Shown piece after piece: positions 39,676-52,649 of a stretch of 64,000 nt of DNA. Source of the DNA: Actinomycetota bacterium. Its GTDB lineage: Bacteria > Actinomycetota > CADDZG01 > JAHWKV01 > JAOPZY01. Made by a program: the position numbers and the translations under genes. The DNA lies in contig DASTWV010000059.1 in the NCBI GenBank assembly GCA_035765775.1, positions 353,555 to 417,554 on the forward strand. Direction: 5' to 3'. The notes beneath the pieces are model-generated. The model had not been told where the DNA came from and made no database searches. It saw only the letters and a program-made list of their open reading frames with translations. How positions within the stretch are numbered: position 1 is the first letter of the stretch; every line of letters begins with the position of its first letter.

Positions 39676-40365
39676 CTACTTGCCCCCCAGCCCGTAGACG
39701 CCCCGCACCTGGTCGCGGGCCACCTTGCCGTTCTCCAGCTCGATCACCCGCTTGCGGAACTGGTTGACGATGGCGTGGTCGTGGGTGGCCATCAACACGG
39801 TGGTCTCCGCCGCATTGATGCGCAGGAGCAGCTTCATGATGTCGGCCGAGGTGGCGGGGTCCAGGTTGCCGGTGGGCTCGTCGGCCAGCAGGATGGCCGG
39901 TCGGTTGACCATCGCCCGGGCCACGGAGACCCGCTGCTGCTCGCCGCCGGAGAGCTCATCGGGACGGTTGGTGAGCCGGTCGCTGAGCCCGACGAGGTCA
40001 AGGATCTCGGGCACCCGCTCCCGGATGTCGTGGCGGGGCTTGCCGATGACCTCCAGGGCGAACGCCACGTTCTCGTACACCGTCTTGTTGGGCAGCAGCT
40101 TGTAGTCCTGGAAGACGCAGCCGATCATCCGGCGCAGGTAGGGCACCCGCCACCGGGGCAGCATGCTGAGGTCCTTGCCGGCGACGTAGATGCGGCCCTC
40201 GCTGGGGTCCTCCTCCCGGAGGAGCATCTTGATCAGCGTGGTCTTGCCCGATCCCGTGGTGCCGACGAGGAAGACGAACTCGCCCTTGGCGATGTCCACC
40301 GAGACGTCGCGCAGCGCAACGACGGATTCCTTGTAGACCTTGCTTACGTTCTCGAGCCGGATCAT
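39676..40365 (-). CDS. ftsE: Cell-division ATP-binding protein FtsE
   Basis: GTTGSGKTT (Walker A); [15 protein letters not shown] (ABC signature); [12 protein letters not shown] (Walker B). Confidence 0.95.
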   Translation of the reverse strand: MIRLENVSKVYKESVVALRDVSVDIAKGEFVFLVGTTGSGKTTLIKMLLREEDPSEGRIYVAGKDLSMLPRWRVPYLRRMIGCVFQDYKLLPNKTVYENVAFALEVIGKPRHDIRERVPEILDLVGLSDRLTNRPDELSGGEQQRVSVARAMVNRPAILLADEPTGNLDPATSADIMKLLLRINAAETTVLMATHDHAIVNQFRKRVIELENGKVARDQVRGVYGLGGK

Positions 40366-40534
40366 CTGTCCATCCGAAGCTCTCCCCCAGACCGGGTAAG
40401 GCGGGCACGCCTAGGCGACCGATCCTACCAGATGGGTCTCGGAATCCCGAAAATTTGTGCCTGTTTTGTCGTGATTTACCGGTACCTTAAGCGATCCTCA
40501 GGAAACTGTCAGAGGGTCCGATTCTCGGCTCGAT

Positions 40535-41651
40535 CTAGTTGCTGGCTCCGGGTTTCGAGGCACGCCTGCGCAACTCGGCAGTGATGAGCCCATCGATGTA
40601 GCCGTCGAGCACAGCCTCGACGTTGCCCACCTCCACCCCGGTGCGGTGGTCCTTCACCAGCTGGTAGGGGGCCAGGACGTAGGAGCGGATCTGGGAACCG
40701 AAGGTGTTCTCCATCTGCTCGCCCCGGATCTCGTCCAGCTCCTTCATCCGCTCCTCGGCGGCGCGCTGGGCGAGCCGTGCCCCCAGGATCTTCATAGCGA
40801 CGGCCCGGTTCTGGATCTGCGAGCGCTCGTTCTGCACCGACACCACGATGCCGGTAGGCAGGTGGGTGATGCGCACCGCCGAATCGGTCACATTGACGTG
40901 CTGGCCGCCGGCCCCGGACGAGTGGTACGTGTCGATCCGCAGTTCCTTGGGATCGATCTCGACCTCGTCCTCGTCGGCCAGGGCGGGCACCACATCCACA
41001 CTGGCGAAGGAGGTGTGCCGGCGCTTCGAGGCGTCGAACGGCGAGATCCGCACCAGGCGGTGGACACCCTTCTCGGCCGACATCAGGCCGTATGCTGAGC
41101 GCCCCTCCAGGGTGAACGTGGCCCGCTTGATGCCGGCCTCCTCCCCCTCGGCCACCTCGACCAGCTCTACCTTGAAGGCATGGTGCTCGGCCCAGCGCAG
41201 GTACATGCGCAGGAGCATCTCGGCCCAGTCGCACGACTCGGTGCCGCCCGCCCCGGCGTGCACGCTGACGATGGCCGCCGCCTCGTCATGCTCGCCCGAC
41301 AGGAGCGTACGCACCTCCAGCGCCTCGAGCTCCGCCTCGACTGCGTCGAGGGCGGCGACCGCCTCCACCTGGGTGGCCTCGTCGGCCTCCTCGAGCGCCA
41401 GGGCGTGCAGCACGCCGGCTTCCTCGAGGCACTCGGCCAGGCGGTCGTAGGACTTCAGGTCGTCGTCGAGGCGGGCCAGTTCGGCCATCTGGCGGGTGGC
41501 CGCCGCCTGGTCGTCCCAGAACCCGGGCTGGGCGGCGAGATCGTGCAGGGCCGCCGCCCGGGTGCGCTTGGCCGGGACGTCAAAGGTACTCCTTTACGTG
41601 GGCGAGCTTCCCCTCGGCGTCTGCGAGGCGGGGCTGCAGGTCATCGGTCAC
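40535..41651 (-). CDS. prfB: Peptide chain release factor 2, with the programmed +1 ribosomal frameshift
   Basis: Frame 0: GTG ~41651, VTDDLQPRLADAEGKLAHVKEYL, then in-frame TGA inside AAGGAG-TAC-CTT-TGA-C. After the +1 shift the frame continues DVPAKRTRAAALHDLAAQPGFWDD...MAELARLDDDL...SGAGGQHVN (GGQ motif)... Confidence 0.9.
41579..41585 (-). promoter_or_regulatory. prfB autoregulatory frameshift site CUU UGA C
   Basis: Canonical RF2 shifty site (Leu codon CUU followed by UGA C). An internal SD-like AGGAG sits 3 nt upstream, the same architecture as E. coli prfB. Confidence 0.85.
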
Positions 41652-41658
41652 CCCCCGA

Positions 41659-43164
41659 CTATATCGGCGCCTCTGCCGGCCTCCGCAGGAACGCCGCCCA
41701 GGTCACCACGGCGAACACCACGTACGCCCCCAGGAAGACCCACAGGGCGGGGACCGACCAGTTGGCGTGGGCGACGGCGACGGTGAGCTTGGCGGCGGGT
41801 GTGGTGGCGGCCTTGACGAGGGCCGAGACGTGGAGGCTGGCCTGCCGGAACACCACCTGGACCAGCACCCCGCCAAAGGCACCGATGGCCCCGGCGATGC
41901 CGATCACCGCCGCGGCCTGGCGCTTGAAGCCGCCGGCCACCGACTGGGGCGGGATCCCGGCATCGGCGGCATGCCGGCGCCCGTAGGCGGCGAAGACCGA
42001 CGGGATCATCTTGTAGATCGACCCGTTGCCCAGGCCGCTCAGCAGGAACACCACCATGTAGGAGCCGAAGAAGAGGCCGAAGCTGCGGTGCTGGACCCCG
42101 ATGGCGGCGGCCGCAGTGGCGACCGCCATGGCGGCGAACACGGCCAGGGTCACCTTGGCGCCGCCCACCCGGTCGGACAGCCCACCCCCCAGCGGCCGGG
42201 CGAGGGAACCGATCAACGCGCCCATGAACCCGAGCCCCCCGAGGTAGGTGGCGATGAAGGGGTGGTGGCCGAGAAACTCGGGGAAGGTGTTCTTGATCAC
42301 CAGGGGAAGGGCGAACGAGAAGCCGATGAACGAGCCGAAGGTGCCGACGTAGAGGAAGGACAGCAGCCAGGTGGCCGGATTGCGCACCGCCATCGCGTAG
42401 GCCCGCCCGTCCGAGCGGGCCTCCCGCAGGCTGTCCATCAGCCACCACGCCCCCGCCGCCGCCAGAGCGATCAGCGGGACGAAGACCCAGCCGGCGTAGG
42501 CCATGTGCACGGGGTGCTTCGGCAGGGCGACCAGCTGGGAGGAGACCCCGATGATGATGACGAGGGGCACGAAGAGCTGGGATACCGCCACGCCCAGGTT
42601 CCCGCCGGCGGCGTTGAGCCCGAGGGCGAAACCTTTCTCCTGCTCGGGATAGAAGAACGAGATGTTGGCCATCGAGGAGGCGAAGATGCCGCCGCCCAGC
42701 CCGGCGGTCGCCGCGCAGGCGAAGAGGACCCAGAACTGGGCGCCGGGCGCCTGGTGGGCCAGCCACCCGCCCGGCACCACCACGGCGAGCAGGAGCGCGG
42801 GCAGGAGGAGCACGCCGGCGCTGAAGGTGGTCCACCTCCGCCCACCGAACCTGGGCAGGGCGAAGGTGTAGGGGATCCGCAGGGCCGAGCCGACGAGGTT
42901 GGGGATCAGCGTCAGCAGGAACTGCTGGGAGAGCGTGAGGACGATGCCCATGTTGGCCAGGTTGATGACCACGCTGGTCCACACGACGAAGATGCAGAAG
43001 CCGAGGTGGTCGGTGAAGATCGACAGCGCGAGGTTCTTGCGGGCGATCCGCTTGCCCTCGGCCTGCCAGAAGGTCTCGTCCTCGGGGTCCCAGTGCTCGA
43101 TCCAACCCCTGCCCCGCCGCCCGGCGGCCGGCCCCCGGGGTGCCAGTTCCCGCTCTTTGAGCAT
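41659..43164 (-). CDS. narK: MFS nitrate/nitrite transporter (NarK/NasA family)
   Basis: WDPEDETFWQAEGKRIARKNLALSI...RIPYTFALPRFGGRRWTTFS...FASSMANISFFYPEQEKGFALGLN...GTFGSFIGFS...GGLSDRVGGAKVT. Strong collinearity with E. coli NarK. Start MLKEREL at 43164 with a GGAAGGAAGG RBS. Confidence 0.85.
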   Translation of the reverse strand: MLKERELAPRGPAAGRRGRGWIEHWDPEDETFWQAEGKRIARKNLALSIFTDHLGFCIFVVWTSVVINLANMGIVLTLSQQFLLTLIPNLVGSALRIPYTFALPRFGGRRWTTFSAGVLLLPALLLAVVVPGGWLAHQAPGAQFWVLFACAATAGLGGGIFASSMANISFFYPEQEKGFALGLNAAGGNLGVAVSQLFVPLVIIIGVSSQLVALPKHPVHMAYAGWVFVPLIALAAAGAWWLMDSLREARSDGRAYAMAVRNPATWLLSFLYVGTFGSFIGFSFALPLVIKNTFPEFLGHHPFIATYLGGLGFMGALIGSLARPLGGGLSDRVGGAKVTLAVFAAMAVATAAAAIGVQHRSFGLFFGSYMVVFLLSGLGNGSIYKMIPSVFAAYGRRHAADAGIPPQSVAGGFKRQAAAVIGIAGAIGAFGGVLVQVVFRQASLHVSALVKAATTPAAKLTVAVAHANWSVPALWVFLGAYVVFAVVTWAAFLRRPAEAPI

Positions 43165-43389
43165 CCGCCCTTCCTTCCGCTCGATACCTGCTCGATGCAC
43201 TCAACCCACAACGGGCGCAGCATGGTCGGTGCACGTTTCCGGGCGGTGTCGGAAGGGTTTCGGCGAGGTTGAGATTCGGGGGCGATCGCGTTACAGCACG
43301 GCTGTGGCCCCGGGCTGTCGGGTGCGCGTGGACGCAGCGCGGGACGACGGTTTTTGCGGACCTTCAGGAGTCGTGAGTCTCGGCGCCGC

Positions 43390-46323
<2,934 letters not shown>

Positions 46324-46454
46324 CGTCGGATACTCATTCTCCGGGTTATGGTCATTGTCGCGGGGTCAAGTATGACCGCAACCAGGCTGGCCCCCGCGCG
46401 ATCCAGGCGGTCAATCCGGTCGCCTACCCTTCAGGTATCGGCGCCCGGGCGGCC

Positions 46455-47177
46455 CTACTTGATATCGAGAAGGCGCTCCCGCACGGCGTAGACGACCGCC
46501 TCCATGCGGGAGTGGAGGTGCAGCTTCTCCAGGATGTTGCGGACATGGTTCTTCACGGTGTTCTCGGAGATGTAGAGCTCCTTGGCGATGTCCCGGTTGT
46601 TGTGGCCCCGGGCCACCAGCTTGAGGACCTGCAGCTCACGCTCGGTGAGGCGGGGGGCGGGCACCCCGGAGCGCTCGTCGGAGCGCTTCACCATCGAGGC
46701 GAACTCGTTCAGCAGCTTGGAGGCCATCGAGGGTGAGATCAGCGACTGGCCGGCGTTGACCGCCCGCACCGCATTGGCCACCTCCTCGATGGAGATCTCC
46801 TTGAGCAGGTAGCCCGACGCCCCGGCCTTGATCGCCTCGTAGAGGTCCGCTTCCTCATCGGAGATGGTGAGCATCAGGATCTTGGTGTTGGGCAACGTCT
46901 CCTTGATGGCCCGGGTGGCCTCCAGCCCGGAGCGCTTGGGCATGCGGACGTCCATCAGGACGACGTCGGGGACGGTCTCCTCGGCCTTGGCCACGGCGTC
47001 GGTGCCGTCGCCGGCCTCGCCGACCACCTCGATGTCCTTCTCTACCTCGAGGACCATCTGCAGGCCACGGCGGAAGAGGGCGTGGTCATCGACGATGATC
47101 ACGCGGATGGGCTCGCTCAAGGGATCGGCCCCCAGCGCGGCGACGTCCTCGACTTCTTCCGGCTCTTCGCTCACCAC
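46455..47177 (-). CDS. NarL/LuxR-family response regulator (orphan; REC + HTH_LuxR)
   Basis: IRVIIVDDHALFRRGL...VVLMDVRMPKRSG...ILMLTISDEE; LTERELQVLKLVARGHNNRDIAKELYISENTVKNHV. Sits between hpf and secA. Confidence 0.85.
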   Translation of the reverse strand: MVSEEPEEVEDVAALGADPLSEPIRVIIVDDHALFRRGLQMVLEVEKDIEVVGEAGDGTDAVAKAEETVPDVVLMDVRMPKRSGLEATRAIKETLPNTKILMLTISDEEADLYEAIKAGASGYLLKEISIEEVANAVRAVNAGQSLISPSMASKLLNEFASMVKRSDERSGVPAPRLTERELQVLKLVARGHNNRDIAKELYISENTVKNHVRNILEKLHLHSRMEAVVYAVRERLLDIK

Positions 47178-47298
47178 AAGTCCTTGTAGGGGCCGCTCCG
47201 CCTCAGGCCACGCGTGTCCCGACGCTCCGCCGAGGCTACGGCATACCCCGACGCTCCGCCGAGGCTACGCTGTCTATCGGCCCGTTCTTATGTGCACA

Positions 47299-47682
47299 TT
47301 AGCCTGACTCGGGGCCCGAGTCGAGAATTCCCTCCTCACCTGTTGGCACCTGGGCCACCGGGAGGGCTCTCCCGGCCGGCTTGGCGTGCAGCGGGCGGCC
47401 TGAGCGCATCCGCTTGAACTCCTTGAGACGCCGGGAGAGGCGCTCCACGGCGACGTCGATCCCCGACATCGGGTCCTCGGCCACCACCCGGGAGCGGAAC
47501 ACCGGACCGGTGGTCGCCACCGCCACCCGGATGAGGTAGGAACTGTGCCCGTCCTTGTCCACCTCGAGGTCGATCTTGGCGATGGTGGACAGGTATTTGG
47601 TCAACACCTCCATCTTGGAGGCGGCCAAGGCCTGCAGAGACTCAGGCAGATGCCCGTGCTGGCTGTGGACTGTGATCTCCAT
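47299..47682 (-). CDS. hpf: Ribosome hibernation-promoting factor (HPF/RaiA, S30AE family)
   Basis: MEITVHSQHGHLPESLQALAASKMEVLTKYLSTIAKIDLEV...RVAVATTGPVFRSRVVAEDPMSGIDVAVERLSRRLKEFK. Confidence 0.8.
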   Translation of the reverse strand: MEITVHSQHGHLPESLQALAASKMEVLTKYLSTIAKIDLEVDKDGHSSYLIRVAVATTGPVFRSRVVAEDPMSGIDVAVERLSRRLKEFKRMRSGRPLHAKPAGRALPVAQVPTGEEGILDSGPESG

Positions 47683-47766
47683 AAGTGGCGCCACCCTCCT
47701 TCCGCTGAACTGTCGCCCGACCCGAGCAGGAGATTACGGCAACGGTGGGGCGGACAGCAGAGCCCC

Positions 47767-47850
47767 AGGCGGAGCGCCGGATGAACAGCGCAGCCACAGG
47801 CGGAGCGCCAGATGAACAGCGCAGCCACAGGCGGAGCGCCAGATGAAGGG
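47767..47850. repeat. Intergenic 31-bp tandem direct repeat, ~2.7 copies
   Basis: AGGCGGAGCGCC(G/A)GATGAACAGCGCAGCCAC x2, plus a partial third copy, between hpf and the ahcY leader. Confidence 0.8.
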
Positions 47851-48245
47851 GTCGCCCGGCTGACCTGGTCTTTGGCCCCACATTCGCCTGCTGGCCGGCC
47901 CCGGGTCCATCCCGGGCGCCCGGCAGGACTTACACCTAAACCGCACCATGCTCAGCACCCCCCTCAGCGAGGAGACGCCTTACGTGGGTCCTTTCGCCTG
48001 CGGCTGGCCTGGACTGAGGACCGGCGGTGTTGGGACACCGCCCGCCCCGCAACCACAGCCCGGACGACCCTTTCGGGTCCAGTATATGGCGAGGGGGCCA
48101 CAGAGTTTATGGGCTTCAAGACCTTCGGGGCTCCCGGGACCTCCTACAACCTTCCGGTACGGGCCAGCCCGGATCAGGCCCGCCGGTATGCTGACTTCGT
48201 TCGTCCGCCCGCCCGTCGTGGGCCCAACGAAAGGGTGAGCGCCCT

Positions 48246-49667
<1,422 letters not shown>

Positions 49668-49679
<12 letters not shown>

Positions 49680-49700
49680 CCGGTACTGACTGGTACTGAC
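49668..49700 (+). repeat. Three tandem copies of a 10-bp unit (C[CT]GGTACTGA) spanning the ahcY stop codon
   Basis: ccggtactga-ccggtactga-ctggtactga: the ahcY terminal ...RY* sequence is triplicated, giving three in-phase-shifted TGA triplets. Confidence 0.7.
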
Positions 49701-49703
49701 CCT

Positions 49704-50012
49704 GTGGGCGCCGGCCGCCTGGACGACGCGGTCTCGGCGCTACGCGCCGCCATCCTGGGCGCCCCAGGAGTGCTCGAGCCGGGCGTCCGGCAGGCGATCG
49801 CCGACCGGATGCCCGCCGACCCCCGCCTCGATGGCTACGTAGCATCGGTTGCCGGAGGCGGCAGCACGCTGACCGCGCGGCACACCTCCGACCTGCTCGC
49901 GGCCGGATGCTCGGAGGACGAGATCTTCGAGGCGACGCTGTCGGCGGCGCTCGGGGCGGCCGACCGGGTGCGCGCCGGCGGGCTCGGTGCCCTGCGCCCA
50001 TCACCGGGGTGA
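49704..50012 (+). CDS. Carboxymuconolactone decarboxylase (CMD/AhpD-like) family protein, small
   Basis: GTG start. AhpD-like helical region (...VRQAIADRMPADPRLDGYVASVAGGGSTLTARHTSDLLAAGCSEDEIFEATLSAALGAA). No CxxC motif. The stop overlaps the next gene's GTG (GTGA). Confidence 0.5.
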   Translation: MGAGRLDDAVSALRAAILGAPGVLEPGVRQAIADRMPADPRLDGYVASVAGGGSTLTARHTSDLLAAGCSEDEIFEATLSAALGAADRVRAGGLGALRPSPG

Positions 50013-50617
50013 CGCTCCGACTCGCCGTCCTGGAGCACGGCCAGTCCCGGCGGGCCCGGGTGCTGTTCGCCGCCTCCCGGCGCCTCGGCAAGGCGGAGAT
50101 GGACCCGGTGGTCAAGATCTCGCTGTACCGGCCCGAGGTATTCGGCCGGCAGTGGCTGCCCTTCGTGCGGTCGGTGATGCGCGGCCCCTCGCCCTGGTCG
50201 CCCGCCGAGCGGGAGCTGCTCGCCGCCTTCGTGTCGCACCTGAACCGGTGCCCGTTCTGCGCCACCGTCCACGGCGAGATCGCCGGTCTGCGGTCCGGCC
50301 AGCCGGTCACCATCGGCCAGCTGGAGGACTGGGAGCACGCCGGGTTCAGCGATCGCGTCGCCGCCACGATGGCCTTCCTGGCCACCGCCGTCCGGGATCC
50401 CGGGAGCGTTGCGCCCGCGGCCGCGGAGGCGGCCCGGCAGCGGGGCGTGTCGGACGAGGACCTCGCCGCCGCGCTCGACATCGCCTTCGTGTTCTGCCTG
50501 ATCAACCGCCTCGCCAACGCCTTCGGCTTCGAGTGGGCCTCCCCGGAGGACGCCGTGAAGGGCGCCCGGATGCTGAACCGGATCGCCTACCGTTTCCCGC
50601 TGTGGCTGGTGGCCTGA
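50009..50617 (+). CDS. Carboxymuconolactone decarboxylase / AhpD-like peroxidase-related protein with a CxxCxxxH motif
   Basis: ...SPAERELLAAFVSHLNRCPFCATVHGEIAG... (the AhpD/CMD-family active-site signature CxxCxxxH); ...DIAFVFCLINRLANAF. GTG start (VTLRLAVLEHG) coupled to the upstream gene. Confidence 0.65.
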   Translation: MTLRLAVLEHGQSRRARVLFAASRRLGKAEMDPVVKISLYRPEVFGRQWLPFVRSVMRGPSPWSPAERELLAAFVSHLNRCPFCATVHGEIAGLRSGQPVTIGQLEDWEHAGFSDRVAATMAFLATAVRDPGSVAPAAAEAARQRGVSDEDLAAALDIAFVFCLINRLANAFGFEWASPEDAVKGARMLNRIAYRFPLWLVA

Positions 50618-50621
50618 GCCA

Positions 50622-51356
50622 CTACGCCAGCGTCGCCGCCACGCCCTCCAGGAGGTCGCCCACCAGCGTCGAGCACGCCCCGGCCGCCTCCAGCACGGAC
50701 CCGGCGGTCGCTCCCTCGCCCGCCCGGTTGGTGACCACGCTGACCGCCAGCACCCGCATGCCCAGCCGGCGGGCCATGAGCACCTCGGGCACGGTGGACA
50801 TGCCGACCGTGTCCGCCCCGAGCATGCGCAGCATCCGTACCTCGGCGGGGGTCTCGAAGGCCGGCCCGGCCACTGCGGCGTAGACCACCTCGGGCACGGC
50901 GGTCGCCCGAAGCTCTCGGGCCACCTGCTGGGCGGAGCGGCGGAGCTGGGCATCGTAGGCGGCGGACAGGTCGAGGAACTCGGCGCCCCCGCGCAGCGGC
51001 GAGTCGGGCATCAGGTTGATGTGGTCCCGGATGAGGGTCACCGCCCCGCCGGCGATCTCGGTCCGGAGCGAGCCGGCGGCGTTGGTCAGCAGCAGGACCT
51101 CGGCCCCCCAGGCGTGGGCGTCCCGGACAGGCTGGACCACCTCGGCCATCGAGTAGCCCTGGTAGTAGTGCAGCCGCCCGCCGAAGCCGAGGGCGGGCAC
51201 CCCGCCGAGCAGCCCTTCGGTCACCTCCATCCGGTGGCCGGGCGCCGGGGGCCGGTCCTCCGGCGGCATCCAGGGGCGGGCGGTGCCGCCGAGGCGGGCC
51301 ATGACCGGTGCCAGGCCCGAGCCGGCGATCAGCGCGATCCGGGTTCCCACCGCCAT
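50622..51356 (-). CDS. punA: Purine nucleoside phosphorylase (PunA/MTAP family, PNP_UDP_1 fold)
   Basis: RIALIAGSGL...HYYQGY...VLLLTNAAGSLR...IRDHINL...GPAFETPAEVRMLRMLGADTVGMSTVPEV...VSVVTN, collinear with M. tuberculosis PunA. Start MAVGTRIAL at ~51356; the ORF-track extension is spurious. Confidence 0.85.
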   Translation of the reverse strand: MAVGTRIALIAGSGLAPVMARLGGTARPWMPPEDRPPAPGHRMEVTEGLLGGVPALGFGGRLHYYQGYSMAEVVQPVRDAHAWGAEVLLLTNAAGSLRTEIAGGAVTLIRDHINLMPDSPLRGGAEFLDLSAAYDAQLRRSAQQVARELRATAVPEVVYAAVAGPAFETPAEVRMLRMLGADTVGMSTVPEVLMARRLGMRVLAVSVVTNRAGEGATAGSVLEAAGACSTLVGDLLEGVAATLA

Positions 51357-51372
51357 GCCCCAGCAGCCGCCG

Positions 51373-52440
51373 TCAGGCCCCGAGGGCCGCCTTGAGCCGG
51401 ACGATGGCCTCGATGGGGGCGGGGTCGATGCCCTGGAGGATCCCCAGGTAGGTGGAGACGAGGTCGCCCACGCACACCAGGTCCAGCAGGCGGGCGGCCT
51501 CGGACGAGCCCCGGGCATGCACCTCCTCGATGAAGGCGACCGACGGGCCGACCAGCTCGGTGGTCGCCTCGATCCGGCGGGCGGTCCGGGGTGGCTCCCC
51601 GTCATGGCGCAGCACCACGACGCCGATGGGCTCGCGGCCCTCCGCCCGGCCGTAGAGGCCGACGACCTCATTGTGGTTCAGCTCCGGGAAGACGGCCCAA
51701 GCGGCGAACCCCTTGGCGTTCTCGTTGATCTGGCAGCGCCAGCGGTAGGCGGCAGCCCCGGCGATCCCCTCGGTCCCCCAGATCAGGGGCAGGACCCCGG
51801 CCAGGCGGCTGGCCAGCTGCTTGGCGAGGTTGCCCCCGGCCGGCACCGTCCGCCGGCACTCGGCCATCCGCTGCCCGACCACCGCAACCGCCTCGGCGAG
51901 GTCCCCGGCCAGCCCGGGGGCGAGGCCCATGCGGTCGGCCACCACCAGTGCGGGCATCCCGACGTAGCCCAGGGCCGCCCGGGGCATCAGGCCTCCGGGC
52001 ACCGAGACCACGGTGTGGCCCCCCGCCCGGGCCCGGGCGGCCAGCGTCCCGCCCGAGGTGATCGCCACGATGCGGGCCCCCCGGGCCTGGGCGGTGTCGA
52101 AGCCGGCGAGGGTCTCCTCGGTGTCGCCCGAGTAGGAGACCGCGAAGACCAGGGTGCCGGGTCCCACCCATGCCGGCAGGGCGTAGTCCCGGATGGTGGC
52201 CACCGGGACCCGGGCCCGGGCGGCGAGCAGGGTGCGGCAGAGTTCACCGGAGATGCCCGAGCCCCCCATCCCGAGGACGGCGATCGAGGACACCCCGTCG
52301 GCGCCCGGCAGGGGCCCGGCTGCCGAGGCGATGGCGATGGCCTCGGCGAGCTGGCCGGGCAGGCCCTCGACCGTGGCGAGGAAGTCGGTCGGGTCGGCTT
52401 CGGTGTACGCCTCCGGGGCGTCGAGGCGGGCGGCCGTCAA
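51373..52440 (-). CDS. Bifunctional phosphoglucose/phosphomannose isomerase (SIS-domain PGI/PMI family)
   Basis: Two SIS-type segments (IAVLGMGGSGISGEL...VFAVSYSGDTEETL...IVAITSGGTLA) plus the C-terminal PGI/PMI region (INENAKGFAAWAVFPELNHNE). Start uncertain; possible TTG at 52440 overlapping the Trm112-like stop. Confidence 0.7.
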   Translation of the reverse strand: MTAARLDAPEAYTEADPTDFLATVEGLPGQLAEAIAIASAAGPLPGADGVSSIAVLGMGGSGISGELCRTLLAARARVPVATIRDYALPAWVGPGTLVFAVSYSGDTEETLAGFDTAQARGARIVAITSGGTLAARARAGGHTVVSVPGGLMPRAALGYVGMPALVVADRMGLAPGLAGDLAEAVAVVGQRMAECRRTVPAGGNLAKQLASRLAGVLPLIWGTEGIAGAAAYRWRCQINENAKGFAAWAVFPELNHNEVVGLYGRAEGREPIGVVVLRHDGEPPRTARRIEATTELVGPSVAFIEEVHARGSSEAARLLDLVCVGDLVSTYLGILQGIDPAPIEAIVRLKAALGA

Positions 52441-52604
52441 GGCTTGCGGGCTTCGTCGACCAGCATGTGCGGGATGCCGTCGACCACCGGGTACTCGTAC
52501 CGGCACTCCCCGACGCACGCGATGACGGAGTCGGCCTCCCGGTACTCGATCTGGCCGTGGCAGTTCGGGCAGATCAGAATCTTCAACAGTTCCTGGTCAA
52601 CCAT
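52437..52604 (-). CDS. Trm112-like small protein (DUF343 family), ~55 aa; not in the ORF track because it is under 60 aa
   Basis: Minus-strand translation: MVDQELLKILICPNCHGQIEYREADSVIACVGECRYEYPVVDGIPHMLVDEARKP*. The CPxC...C..C zinc ribbon plus the DGIP.ML.DEAR C-terminus are diagnostic of the Trm112/YcaR family. Confidence 0.7.
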   Translation of the reverse strand: MVDQELLKILICPNCHGQIEYREADSVIACVGECRYEYPVVDGIPHMLVDEARKP

Positions 52605-52649
52605 CGTCAGGGCTCCAATCGGATCCGGTCGGGGTTCGGTGTGCGCCGG

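Noticed and set aside
41648-43234. 528-aa minus-strand ORF in an alternative frame of narK
   Set aside because: The overlapping frame 41659-43164 has clear NarK homology with 12 TM helices. This frame translates to Arg/Pro-rich noise.
47767-47850. Possible CRISPR array
   Set aside because: Only ~2.7 directly abutting 31-bp units with no spacers and no cas genes in the window. This is a tandem repeat, not CRISPR.
49907-50008. N-terminal extension of the second CMD-like ORF (MLGGRDLRGDAV...)
   Set aside because: It overlaps the first CMD gene in another frame and is Arg/Gly-rich. The GTG at 50009 overlapping the upstream stop is the more plausible start.
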